A stretch of 64,000 nt of DNA from Octopus vulgaris (lineage: Eukaryota): assembly GCA_951406725.2 (NCBI GenBank), contig OX597827.1, forward strand, positions 40,982,001-41,046,000. Reading direction: 5' to 3'. The translations under genes and the position numbers were made by a program. Positions 38,036-49,838 of this stretch are shown here, in pieces (the stretch's first letter is position 1; the number at the start of each line of letters is the position of its first letter). The notes beneath the pieces are model-generated. The model saw only the letters and a list, made by a program, of their open reading frames with translations. It was not told where the DNA came from and ran no database searches.

Positions 38036-38458
38036 TGCAAGGTCTAGAATCAAAGAGCCTTGGGAGTTAATCTTGCAAAAAGCAAAGTCGTAGTAAGCAG
38101 GAGAGCAGACAAATCACAACTCCCTTCAGGTAGACAGTGCTGCTTGATCTGTAGAAAAGGTATAGGAAGAAACTCCATAAGATGTACCTGATGCAAGCTA
38201 TATGCTGTACTTGAGAAAACCTGTTAAACCAAGTGAGATCATAGTAATGGCCAATGCCGGTGTTACATAACTGGCACTTAAAAATCACCCACTATCCTCT
38301 TGGAGTGGTTGGCATTAGGAAAGGCATCCAGCCATAGAAACCATGCCAAATCAGATTGGAACCTGATGCAGCCCCCTGCTCCCCAGTTTACCAGTTTTCA
38401 GTCAAACTGTCTAACCCATGCCAGCATGGAAAACAGACAAATAAATGATGATGATGAT
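38036..38458 (+). mobile_element. Internally deleted RTE copy
   Basis: 38036-38200 aligns to RTE ORF 16127-16295 (GRQCCLICRKGIGRNSIRCT), then jumps to the 3' UTR and (GAT)n. Confidence 0.8.
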
Positions 38459-38689
38459 ATCTATGTGTGCGTGTTTGTGTTGCCCACCTCCACCATCACT
38501 ACCACTTGACAACTGGTGATGGTTTGTTTATGTCCTTGTAACTTAGAAGTTTGGCAAAAGAAACTAGTAAAACAGTTATCAGACTTGAAAAATAAGTGCT
38601 AGGTTGATTTATTCAACAAAACCCTTCAAGGTGGTGCCCTAGCATGGCCACTGTCCAATGATTGAAACAATGACTGAAACAAACAAAAG

Positions 38690-38998
38690 AATTTCAACTC
38701 AGAATGTAAACACAGACCAAATGCTTAGCAGCATTTTGTCTGGTGTGTTACCAATTCTGCCAGCTGACTGCCTTAATAATAATCCTTCCTACTGGAAGCA
38801 CAGGGCCTCAAATTTGGAGAAAGGGATTAAGTTGATTACATCGACCCCAGTGCATAACTGGTACTTAATTTATTGACCCTGAAAGGATGAAAGGCAAAGT
38901 CGACCTTGGTGGAATTTGAACTCAGAATGTAGCGATGGACGAAATACTGCTGAGCATTCTGTCCAGTATGCTAACAATTCAGCCAGATCACCACCTTA
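38690..38998 (-). mobile_element. SINE family C copies (one partial, one full)
   Basis: Reverse complement of the family C consensus. Confidence 0.75.
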
Positions 38999-39004
38999 AT
39001 GATG

Positions 39005-39049
<45 letters not shown>

Positions 39050-39076
39050 GTAATAATAATAATCATAATAATAATA

Positions 39077-39433
39077 AAATCGAAATCGCTCAAAAATCAA
39101 TGGAAATTGTAGTTGTGATACCAGTGCCGGTGGGACATAAAAGAACCATCCGAACGTGACCGTTGCCAGCACCGCCCCAACTGGCCTCCGTGCCGGTGGC
39201 ATGTAAAAAGCACCAACCGATCATGGCCGTTGCCAGCCTCACCTGGCACCATGCCGGTGGAATGTAAAGAGCACCCACTACACTCACGGAGTGGTTGGCG
39301 TTAGGAAGGGCATCCAGCTATAGAAACACTGCCAGATCAGACTGGGCCTGGTGCAGCCTCCTGGCTTCCCAGACCCCAGTCGAACCGTCCAGCCCATGCT
39401 AGCATGGAAAGCGGACGTTAATCGATGATGATG
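39077..39433 (+). mobile_element. RTE 3' UTR fragment
   Basis: Matches 17137-17545 with fewer minisatellite units. Confidence 0.88.
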
Positions 39434-39439
39434 AATAAT

Positions 39440-39647
39440 AATAATGGCTTCAAATTTTGGCACAAGGCCAGCAATTGTTAGGGAGGGAGTAGATTACATC
39501 AACCCCAGTGTTCAACTGGTACTTATTTCATCAACCCTGAAAGGATGAAAGGCCAAGTCGATCTCAGTGGAATTTGAACTCAGAGCATAAAGATGGACAA
39601 AATGCTACAAGCATTTCATCCAACATACTAACAGTTCTGATAGCCTT
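39440..39647 (-). mobile_element. SINE family C
   Basis: Reverse complement of family C. Confidence 0.75.
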
Positions 39648-39721
39648 AAGATATTTGAATTGTAATGCTACATTGTCCTTATCATCCATTAGCTGGGTAG
39701 GAACTAGCTATCTTTGAATAT

Positions 39722-39907
39722 GTCTTCAATTTCTGCAATTTCAACCAGTCAATGACATCTGTTGAGGTGAAAACATTCTGTGCCATATGAATATGTCCCT
39801 CATTTAAGAAACAGATTGGGTTTATTTACATTTCTGAAAAAAAAAAGATACCCTTCCCCCACCCCTAACCCTAACCTTAACTCTAAACCTAACCCTAAAA
39901 CAGATTG
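39722..39907 (+). mobile_element. Internal fragment of the 36368-36777 MITE family
   Basis: Aligns to ~36523-36686, including CCCTAA repeats. Confidence 0.85.
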
Positions 39908-39932
39908 GTTTACCCCTGTGCCAGGTAAGTAT
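39907..39932 (-). pseudogene. U1 snRNA 5' fragment (26 nt)
   Basis: Minus strand ATACTTACCTGGCACAGGGGTAAACC resembles invertebrate U1 5' ends (Drosophila ATACTTACCTGGCGTAGAGGTTAACC, recalled from memory). Confidence 0.55.
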
Positions 39933-40881
39933 CACTGTTATTGATAATCAGATTCTTTGATTTTCACAGGTTTGGTCTTGCTTCTTGACATTTAATAGTA
40001 ACACGAAGCATTAACCTGCTCAAGTGTTTGATTTTATCATCACCACAATTGGTGGGCACCTGAAAAGAAAACTGCAAATCACTCGAACATTATCTATTAG
40101 GAAAAAAAACTACATAAATAGGCTAACCACACACACACACACACACAACTGCATGTACATACAAACAATGGTCTGGGGTTGGTAAAAATAAATCCTCATC
40201 ACCATCATGTTTCTCCTCGCCATTACCCTTGAAGTAAAGAGCCACCATATGGCCTTTTGATCTGCTAGAAATAGCTGCCAAATCTCTTGTTCAAGCCACA
40301 TTCTACTGTCTCCAAAAAAAGGCAAAATTCAAGTATGTAGTTATAGATAAAACTATTCTTAGAAAAGAAGAAACAAGATGGTCACAGGTGGAAGGCTTTT
40401 GATCAAAGGTATGCCTGCTCTATCAGCACTGACCCAAAAAAACTAAATAACATTGTAAACAATTTCTCTTTTTTTTCTTTGTATATCATTTTCTGCTATA
40501 ATTTTGTTTTAAATTCCCTGTGCCTCAGTTTTATGCAGTTGTTTGTGTGGTGTGTGAAATGTGTGAAAATATATAGAGTAGTCACATTCCTATGAAAAAA
40601 TGTGTGTGATAGCTTGTTAGGATGTTGTTGTTGCTTTGATTAGACCTAGACGAGTCCCTATTGAGACATTCCAATCTTGGCCATCTCCAGGAAGTAGACT
40701 ACATTATCCTCTGTGTGTGTGTGTGTGCGTGCGTGCATGCACATGCGCACAGGTGTTTTGGTGTTTGTTAAGACAATAAAGCATAAGGCCACTGCATGAT
40801 AGTGGCACTCAATTTATTAACTATCGAAGAATTTCAAGGCAAAGAGACTAGATAGATGGACGGATGAATATATAGACAGAC

Positions 40882-40921
<40 letters not shown>

Positions 40922-40951
40922 GGATCTATCTATCTATCTATATATCTATCT

Positions 40952-41236
40952 AGTGCTGGTGCCATGTAAAAAACACCTGTCCCAGTGCCACATGAAAAGC
41001 ATATGTGCTGCTGCCATGTAAAAAGCACCTGTGTTGGTGCCACATAAAAAGCACCCAGTACACTCTGTAAAGTGGCTGGTGCTAGGAAGGGCCTCCAGCC
41101 ATAAAAACCATGCCAAAACAGACAATTTGAGCCTGGTGCAGCTCTCTGGCTTGCCAGCTCATGTCAAACTTTCCAACCCGTGCCAACATGGAAAGTAGAC
41201 ATTAAATGTTGCTGCTGCTGATGATGATGATGATGA
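40952..41236 (+). mobile_element. Older RTE 3' UTR fragment with ~31-bp tandem units
   Basis: AAAAGCACC units, AGGAAGGGC motif and (GAT)n tail. Confidence 0.75.
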
Positions 41237-41261
41237 TATATATCATGTTGAACCATTAATC

Positions 41262-41432
41262 CCTACACATTTTTTTCTCTATCCATTTTTTTCCTCTTAA
41301 TCCTTTCTGTTGAAGAGCATAGACTCAAAATGTCAAAGATTTTTCCATTCTTCCTGAATGTTAAACTAATACACCTGCTTATTGTTCCTTCACCTGTCTT
41401 CATCTTTTGTTTTCTGTAAATTTGATCTATGT
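41262..41432 (+). mobile_element. Penelope-like terminal remnant with decayed hammerhead motif
   Basis: CTTT-CTGTTGA-AGAGCATAGACTC-AAAATGTC-AAAG; homologous to 49515-49690 on the minus strand. Confidence 0.55.
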
Positions 41433-41878
41433 ATATATAGACACACACACACATGATGGGCTTTCCTTAGTTCCTGTCTTTCAAATTCACCTGCAAGTCT
41501 TTGATCAACCCTGGGCTATAGCAGAAGACACTGGCCTAAAATGTCATACAGAGGACTGAACCTGAATCTATGTGGTTACCACACACCATTATGCCAGTGC
41601 CTAATTGTTTTAGTTGCCTATACAGCTACTAACAAACATAGACACCACCTCAGCCCTAACACCTTTGACCAAGCAGATAATCCAGGAGGTGACTACTGAA
41701 GAAAGTTAGGGAGAGGCAGAGAAAGAGAGAGAGAGAGAGAGAAAGAGGTGGGTTGCACCAACATCAGGGTGGCACTCGTTACAACTGAGTAGACTGAAAC
41801 AGCATGAAATGAAATGCTTCACTGAAGGACACAACATGTTGTCTAATCCAGGGAATTTATTATCAATTATTATTATTA

Positions 41879-41917
<39 letters not shown>

Positions 41918-41959
41918 CTTCATTTTTCCCAATGACAATTTTCTTAACACTGGATCATT

Positions 41960-42200
41960 TAACTGATTCCCTGTCAAGTTACGTAACCTCAGACACTCAG
42001 TACTTTCTGCAGGATATTTGCTCTTTCCCTAAAATGTTATCTTTTGCAATGTCATAAAACTGGAACAGATTCCAAGTGTGCCAAGGTGTTTCTGGAGGCT
42101 TTTCATCACTGACTGCAGTTCTCCGACCCCAACTGGTTGCACTCTTGCTCTCATATTTCACATTCTTTCGACATCTATTCCCAAGACTGCATATTTTATA
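41960..42200 (-). pseudogene. RLE-type (R4/Dong-like) LINE C-terminal remnant
   Basis: Minus-strand KYAVLGIDVERM*...QPVGVGEL..VMKSLQKHLGTLGI...LQK parallels the 43796-44056 ORF. Confidence 0.6.
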
Positions 42201-42540
42201 ATTTTCTCATTTTCATTACCATTGATGTAATGATGTTGTCTTCTTCTTCTTCTTCGTCTTCTTCCGATCAGGACTCATGCCATTAGCCACAAAGAATAAT
42301 CTCTAATTCGAGCCTACTCTAGGCTACTAAGAATGCGTGTGGCAACTTGAAGATCCACCCACCACACGCGATAGACTGGCAGTTGCACAGGCGCAAAAGC
42401 TATGTTGTTATCCTCATTCCATAACTGGTGGTTTTTAACCGGTGGAGAGCTGAACCATCCTGGGGTACAGAGGATTTGCAATCTAGACTAGGGTCTGAAA
42501 GTTTACCACACCATGGCTCTTCTGCTTTGTGGCAGAAGTA

Positions 42541-42722
42541 TAAAGAAAGAGTGAGAGAAAGTTGTGGTGAAAAAGTACAGCGGGGTTCACCCCCCACCAG
42601 AGCCTCGTGGAGCTTAGGTCTTTTTGCTCAATAAAGACTCACAATGCCCGGTCTGGGAATCGAAACCACATTCTTACAACTGCGAGTCTGCTGCCCTAAC
42701 CACCAGGCCATTGCACCTCCAC
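42541..42722 (-). mobile_element. SINE family B, 5' half
   Basis: Matches 4720-4904. Confidence 0.8.
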
Positions 42723-42762
42723 TGATGTTGTTGTTACTGTCATTGTTTGTTGTTGTTGTTAA

Positions 42763-42990
42763 TATGGCAAGCTAGCAGAATTGTTCAAGTGTCAGATAAA
42801 ATGCCTAATGGTATCTTTTTTTTTTTCAATTCATTATGACTAAGTTAAAACACAACTAAGTTAAAAGTTAACTTCACTTTTCACCCCTCTGGGTAGGGGG
42901 TAATTGATAAAATAAGGTACCAATTAAATACTGGAGTTGGTATTATCAACTCAGTACTTCCCCTCTGAAGTGCTGGCCTTGTGCCACATT
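42763..42990 (+). mobile_element. SINE family C, diverged
   Basis: Family C head and GGCCTTGTGCC tail. Confidence 0.65.
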
Positions 42991-43023
42991 ATTATCACTA
43001 TGATGATGATGATGATAATGATT

Positions 43024-43572
43024 GAGAGAGAGCAGTGCATGCCATCAAAGTGACACTGGGGTAAAACATATGAAGCCCAGTATACCCATCATGACTACCC
43101 GTCTGATAAGGGTGCACTAGGCACATGCATCACAACCATATGTGTGCGACATGGTGATCTCATATCAAGATAAACAGCACATAACCTTGCAGGTGGGGTC
43201 CAGTTAGAATTTTCTTCTGGTCGAGTAACCCATCCCGCTCAAATGGTTCCTGAATAAAGGTTGTTTAAGGATGTTGAATGAAACACCTATGTTTCCAAAG
43301 GTGAATTATCCCACCCACAAAGAATTCCTTTCAACACACGGCTAAGATGCTCCCCCACTACTTCTTCTCGTGATCAGAGATGCACATATCGTCAACCACT
43401 AAGGGACACACTCAACTGGTTAAGGTCAAGCAAATCTGTGGTATTGAGCAGAATATTTGCTGTAGCCCATCTTTTGTACCAAGACAAAATGATGTACATG
43501 ATAACACTTCCAATCAGTTAAGCTCAGAGACTATGAGAGCCGCTGCCTGAATCTGCATCAAGGCTATTATTA
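43024..43572 (+). mobile_element. Unclassified retroposon-like segment ending in (ATT/ATC)n
   Basis: Discrete, relatively GC-richer block bounded by simple repeats; only one copy in this window, so repeat status is inferred. Confidence 0.4.
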
Positions 43573-43599
43573 TCATCATCATCATCATCATCATCATTA

Positions 43600-44152
43600 T
43601 TATATATTTGACTTTTGCTTTGTATTTGTACAAGCTGACTCCAAGTCTCACCCAGAGACCTCAAGAGAAAACAATTTAGAAGTTCAAGTTGCTGTTATGC
43701 CTAGGGTGTCATACATTTGGTTTTACACATAGTATTATTCTAGAGAATGTTTAAGAAAACATAAGTAAATTATGAGTTTGTTTTAAAATTTGAGATTACA
43801 TAGACAGTATTTTACGTAGGATATGGGCAGTTACTATAAGCACTATCTTTTGAATTTCTGCCATTTCAGAGTTTCCTGGTATCTGAGCTAGGTAGCAGTC
43901 AGCCCCTTTTGCTATCATTCCTAGGGCACCTATGACAACATGTATTGTTTTAGTCTTGAGGTTCCACATTTTGCCAATTTCTATTTCAAGATCTTTATAC
44001 TTGCTCAATTTTTGGTAGGTCTTGACAGATACATTTATATCGATTAGGACAGTCATATCAATGAGGAGGCATAATTTTTGCCTTTCAATATAATGTCTGG
44101 CCTATTTGCATCTATCTTTCTGTCAGTTTGAATGGTGAAGTTCCAGAGGAGA
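43600..44152 (-). mobile_element. RLE-type (R4/Dong-like) LINE 3' end
   Basis: LWNFTIQTDRKIDANRPDII..LIDMTV..D.N..K..KLSKYKDLEIEI..MW..VVIGALG restriction-like endonuclease motif; 3' UTR follows. Confidence 0.85.
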
Positions 44153-44479
44153 TCATCATCATCATCATCATTATTATTATTTGAATTAAATTTGAGGTTG
44201 AACATTGATTTTTGTTTTGTTCTTTTTCATATTTGACATTAAGTGGGCCATGAATGATGAGAAAAAATAGCAGGTCAATCGCAATCCATAGTCAAATATA
44301 TAACACCCTAGGCATAACTTGTTGTCTCTTGAGGTCTCTGGGTGACCTATGATCAAAGACAGTCCGACCATCTTTTATTCAGACATAGTCTGAATAAATA
44401 TTTATTCAGACATAATCTATTAGTCAATGTATCCTTCCTTCTTAAGGCAGTTGCTTATTCTATATTACTCTGTAAGGAG

Positions 44480-44700
44480 CATAGGGTCAGTTTCTTTTGT
44501 TTCTCTGGCACATATATTCCTCCCTGGATGGGACGCCAGTCTGTTGCAGGGTTAGAACACTCAGTTTTACCTGCTGAATAAACTGGAGCAACATGAAATG
44601 AAATACTTTGTTCAAGAACACCAAGCATTACATGGACTAGGAATTGAAACCACAATCTTACAATCATGAGTCCAACACTCTAACCACTAGGCCATGCCAT
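44480..44700 (-). mobile_element. SINE family B'
   Basis: Similar to 3580-3795. Confidence 0.75.
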
Positions 44701-45147
44701 ACTCCTCCGTTTTTCTAAAGCTTTATGGTGTAATATTCGAAGGACGTTTGGCTGTTATTTCTTTTATGTTCAAACAGCAACACTAAAATTCTCTGAATGG
44801 CGTGTAATTTTCATTGCTGCTATTTTTTTTTATCCTCCAGTTAATATGTTACAGTTCATCAAAAATTCTCTGTATATTGAAACCTGAGCTAATTGCCGAG
44901 GAAAAAAAAACCTAATGTCTTTATACTAATTACTTTGCTCTTTGCATTTAGTTCAGCTTCTAATTAGTAATTTAATGTGCCTACAGAATGCTTTGTCTTA
45001 TTTTTGTTTCTGTTCATGCATGATTAATACCACCCCCATTTCAATTATTTGTAATCTTAATCCAGTTGATTTTTTTAGCAAGTTGGGGACACCAACTCAA
45101 ATCCATCACTCTTTATATTCCTATTATTTGCTTCAATTATCTTCTGT

Positions 45148-45175
45148 TTCCTCCTCCTCCTCCTCCTCCTCCTCC

Positions 45176-45244
<69 letters not shown>

Positions 45245-45302
45245 CCACCACCACCACCAACAACAACAACACCATCACCACCACCAACGCCACCAACGCC
45301 AA
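45148..45302. repeat. (CCT)n(CAT)n(CAC/CAA)n microsatellite
   Basis: Direct reading. Confidence 0.95.
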
Positions 45303-45402
45303 CTTACTCTAGGTAAGTACTGTAATGGATTACTGGGGCTCCAGACTTGTAGCCGAGATGGTAGTTATGGAGCCATTGCAGATTTCTGGTGCAGTGGATA
45401 TA

Positions 45403-45799
45403 TCTTTATATATAAAAGAGAGGTTGTGTGCTGTCTGTCTCCTATGATTTAGATTCCTAACTACTCCCACATTTTGCGGTGCAGTTTAACCAAAACCGGG
45501 TATCTTATAGTCGTGATTCATATCGAGCCCTTCTGGGTATTAGCGCACGTCTACGATGAGTCTACAATTTTAAAAAAATTTACCATCAACTTTTCCCATT
45601 TTTAATGCATTTTTGGCATATATAAGGAAAGTAACTCTCTAAAAATTTATTATTAAATCTCAGAACGTAAAAAGCTACAGTAACACCACCCCCCTTTGTG
45701 GTTAGCCATATTGAGATGGCTATTATACTTTACATCTCTAAAAATGCTTATATAGTTATTTCCCTTACAAACCTGAGCAACACCGGGCGATACTGCTAG
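45403..45799 (+). mobile_element. Non-autonomous Helitron, complete, 397 bp
   Basis: A|TCTTTATATATAAAAG 5' end; CCTGAGCAACACCGGG hairpin and CTAG|T 3' end; inserted between A and T, no TSD. Confidence 0.85.
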
Positions 45800-45885
45800 T
45801 AATTGTTAAAGAGGACAACAAACATTAAGGCAAGTCAAACATCTCAAGTCATATACGTCATTATTATTATTGGAAAAGATTCAAA

Positions 45886-45941
45886 GTCTTACAGCTGTTT
45901 CTGGGATATCCCAAAGTATGGGATATTCTGTCATCAGAGAC
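45886..45941 (-). ncRNA. Minimal type-I hammerhead ribozyme motif (Penelope-type)
   Basis: GTCT-CTGATGA-[ATATCCCA/TGGGATAT stem II]-GAAA-C-AGCT-G-TA-AGAC: full catalytic core, 4-bp stem I, palindromic loop 3. Confidence 0.7.
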
Positions 45942-46506
45942 AAATAGGGAAAATGAGAAAAGTATATATATTAATGAAATGATGACATAGAGGAAGGGAG
46001 TAAAGGAATAAGGAAATGAAGAGAGTTGTGTGGTAAGTAGCTTGCTTACCAACCACATGGTTCCAGAAAAATCTGTAGAAAATCTGCTTCTCCTTCCTCT
46101 TTTTATCTTCCTCTTCTCTTTGAAAAATGCTATCTCGAAACTCAAAATGAATTAAAATTACTTTTCTGATTGAATCATATCATTGAAATTCTTAATAATT
46201 AAAACATTTTGAAAACCTCACTGTGATAAAAAAATATGTATTAAATTGGAAGTTTTAAGAATTTTCTAGGCAGCTTAGACTTCAATAATTGTTTTCTTTT
46301 ACTAAAAGTTACAGACTCATAACTAATTAATTAGTGGCTTTCTCTATTATAGTATAGAAAATTTGGAGAAACGCCTTCTAGCAGATAATTCAACATGCAC
46401 CTCTTCATCTGCTAGACAAAATGCTCCCATTCTATTTCATTTTCTATTCCATTCCTTGAGTGAGGTGGTCAGTATAAGTGGCAGAGTGAAGTTTGACTTA
46501 CTTATA

Positions 46507-47073
46507 TTGGGTTGTCTTGAAAGTTCGTGCCAATTTTTAAAGGAAAGAAAAAGATCAATTAATACTTGCCATTACATTTTTAATCAACCAGATATGAACC
46601 ATTTTGTTGCACAATGCGTCTTCATCTTTCCTTTTAATTTGAAAACACCCTCTTCCCAGAATTGAGGTGATTTCACGGCAAAGAATTCATCAAGGTATCT
46701 TTTTACATCATCCAAGGAATTGAAATTTTTACCATTAAGACTATTCTGCAGAGACCTGAATAAGTAGAAATCCGAAGGAGCAATATCTGGTGAATATGGA
46801 GTGTGGGGTAACACATCCCAGCCGAGCTGCAGCAATTTTTGGCTGGTTCCCAAAGCATCAAGTGCCGAAAATGAACTTTCTTATCTTCCATTTTAAAGGG
46901 TTACAAAATTAACAGAGGTTATAGGAACATAAACCTTCTTCCACAAAAAGATAGCTTAAACTGTACTCTAAATGGAGGTATAGTCAAATCCTATTTTATG
47001 GACTCGACCATATTCTAAAGTAAGTCGAAATGTAAGCTACTATAAATCGGCAAGAACTTTCCAGACAACCCAA
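46507..47073 (-). mobile_element. Internally deleted mariner element
   Basis: TA TSDs; ~30-bp TIR TTGGGTTGTC..GAAAGTTC.TGCC.ATTT; MEDKKVHFRHLMLWE fused out of frame to QKLLQLGWDVLPHTPYSPDIAPSDF. Confidence 0.92.
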
Positions 47074-47424
47074 TATTTAATTATTCCAGAAAGGTGGTTG
47101 GTGTAAGAGGCAATAATGAAGTATGTATTACTTGGGAGGTGGGGCGGGTGTAATAAGTGACAGGGGGAAGAGCTCAGTGTTTCAGTTACATTTAGTGATA
47201 TACCTACAGAAGCTCAGTCATATTAAGAACCATTGTCATCATCATCATCAGTTCTCCCCTACATCTTTCTTTAGTCTCCAGTGACTTAAAATACACAAAC
47301 AGTTTTTATATTTCATGTTCTTTTTAATTAAAAATCTGACATATACACGTTCATGTTTAAATAGATTTGTCTCTAAAGTGAGAAAGATATTCCGTGTGGT
47401 GGAAATGTCAGCTGGCTAAATGAG

Positions 47425-48325
47425 ATCAACGACAACGACAACAACAACAATAACTACTAAAACAACAGCAGTAGCAACAACTGGAAATAAAACAATAACT
47501 AAAACAACACCAAAAAAAAGCAACAGTAGTACCAACAATGACAACACTAGCAGCAACAACAAAACAAATCAATAACAACAATAATGATGACAAGAATAGC
47601 AACAACAACAACAACAACAAAATAGATTAAACAACAACAATAACAATGACAACAACAACTATAAAAAATACTGATAACAAGAAAGCAATAGCAACCATGA
47701 TGACAACGACAACAACAATAAAAACCACAACAACTATAAAAAATAACAACAACAACAACAATAACAAATAACAACAACATCAACAAGAACAACAATAGCA
47801 ATTGCAGCATCAATGAGAACAACAACAGCAACAATAAAAATCAACAATGATAACAGCCAGAAGCAAACTCGACAGCAACAACAAGAACGGCTGACAAAAC
47901 CAGAGCAACAACAACAACAAGAACGGCTGACAAAACCAGAGCAACAACAACAACAGCAGCAGTAACAACCACAATGACAACAACAACAAGATCTGCAGCA
48001 TTTATGGGAAGGACGATGACAACAGCAACAACAACAACAACGGCAACAACAATGGTGGCAACTACAAGAAAAAATGCTTTCAGTGAGAACAAGAGCAAAA
48101 TCAATAACTGCAGCAAGGATAACTTTAAGAGCAGCCAGTGACATCATCATCATCATCATCATCATCTTCATCTTCTTCTTCTTCTCTTTCTTCTTCTTCT
48201 TCTTCTTCTTTGTCTTCTTCTCCTTCTTCCTCTTCTTTTCCTTCTTCTCCTCCTTCTTCTTTTCTTTCCACTTCTTCTTCTTCTTCTTCTCCTCCTCCTC
48301 CTCCTTCTTCTTCTTCTTTGTCATC
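47425..48325. repeat. Degenerate (CAA)n followed by (CAT)n(CTT)n microsatellite
   Basis: Direct reading. Confidence 0.93.
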
Positions 48326-48565
48326 ATTTAACATCCTTCTTCCATGTTGGCACGAGTCAACTGGTTCAGCTGAATCCAGTAAACTGGAGAACTGTGTTGG
48401 GCTCCAATGCTTGTTTTGGCATGGTCTCTATGACTGGATGTCCTTCTTTCTACCAAAAAACTTTACTGAGCACTGGTTACCTTTCTTTTTTTTTTTACTT
48501 TACTTTACATGGTACCAACACTATGGAGGTTACCATGCAATATTTGCTTTCATATATAAAAACAA

Positions 48566-48600
48566 CTAGCAGTATAGCCCAGCGGTGCTCAGGTTTGTTT
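48566..48600 (-). mobile_element. Helitron 3' terminus
   Basis: Minus strand ACAAACCTGAGCACCGCTGGGCTATACTGCTAG|T matches 45767-45800. Confidence 0.75.
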
Positions 48601-48704
48601 TTCAGTCATACTTAAAACAGCAGACTTTGATGTCGCATTAACAAAGTTTTGACACAGTTTCAATCTATGAATAAAAGTATAGTGTGGCGATGACTCGACT
48701 TTGC

Positions 48705-49443
48705 TCTGAATGAAGAAATTGAAGAAATGGAAAGTCTTCTTTTTCATCGGCATGCTACTATTTGTTAAGAAATCACTCAAGAGAAAGCGTTATCTTTGTT
48801 TGAGGACCTGAAGAAACAAATATCCAAATGAGAAGGATGTAGAGTTCAAGGCAAGTCAAGGATGGTTCGTGAGATTTAAAGAGCAAAGAAGTCATCATTC
48901 CATTAAGAAGCAAGGTGAAAGTGCATCAGCTGATAAACAAGCAGCAGCAGGATTTCCAAATGCATTTTTTAAAAATCATCAAAGAAAATGGGTTTCTTCC
49001 CAAACAGATTTTTAATATAGATGAAAATGGATTGTATTGGAAAAAATTGCCAGGCCTTTCATTCATTTCCAATGAGAAGAAAACTATTCCAGGCTACAAG
49101 GTCTCAAAAGAATGTGTCTCTAATTGCAAACTGCATTCATAATTAAAGTGTCCATGATGTACAGTAAACTCCACCAAATTGTATTCGTAAATTCAGATTA
49201 CTTTTTTTTTTACTGTACTGTATTAAAAAATAAAAAATTATTTGTTTGTAAACTTAAAATAGGTTTTTATTAACCATGTATTATTGAAAATGCATTCATA
49301 AATAAAGTTCAAAACTGAGAATGGTAATTATTGGCTTAACCTAGAAACAGGAAAATTCAACCAAGCCTAGCCTAGAGACAAGTTAATTCGACTTGAGCCG
49401 TGTCTCCTGGAACCCATTAACAACGTAGAGTGAGGTATGCCTA
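48705..49443 (+). mobile_element. Tigger/pogo transposon remnant
   Basis: QEKALSLFEDLKK, EFKASQGWFVRFK, GESASAD, QIFNIDENGLYWKKLP; right TIR-like TGAGGTATGCCTA followed by TA at 49431-49445. Confidence 0.88.
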
Positions 49444-49514
49444 TATATGTATATGTGTGTGTGTGTTTACCAAATAAGCAAATAAAAATCCAAGCCTTAC
49501 ATTCTTGGATATAC

Positions 49515-49690
49515 ATATATACATAGTGAGAACTTACAAGAAAAACAAAAGACAAAGACGGGTGTATAAACAACAAATAGATGTATTAGTTTAACACTTG
49601 GGAAGTGAGAAAGTCTTTTACATTTTGAGCCAATGCTCTTCTGCAGAAAGGAACACAGAAATAAACAGGGAGAAAAAATAAAAGAGGGTT
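49515..49690 (-). mobile_element. Penelope-like terminal remnant with decayed hammerhead motif
   Basis: Minus strand CTTT-CTGCAGA-AGAGCATTGGCTC-AAAATGTA-AAAG; same family as 41262-41432. Confidence 0.55.
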
Positions 49691-49838
49691 AGTGGCTGGT
49701 GATCTATCATGGTGAAAATGAACTGAATAACAAAGTGGATACACACAGGTAAGCATTAGACTGGCATACAGACAGAGTAAGGGACAGAAAGTCAAAAAGA
49801 CTGAGAGATAGTGGGGAGAGAGAAGGAGAAAGAATGAT

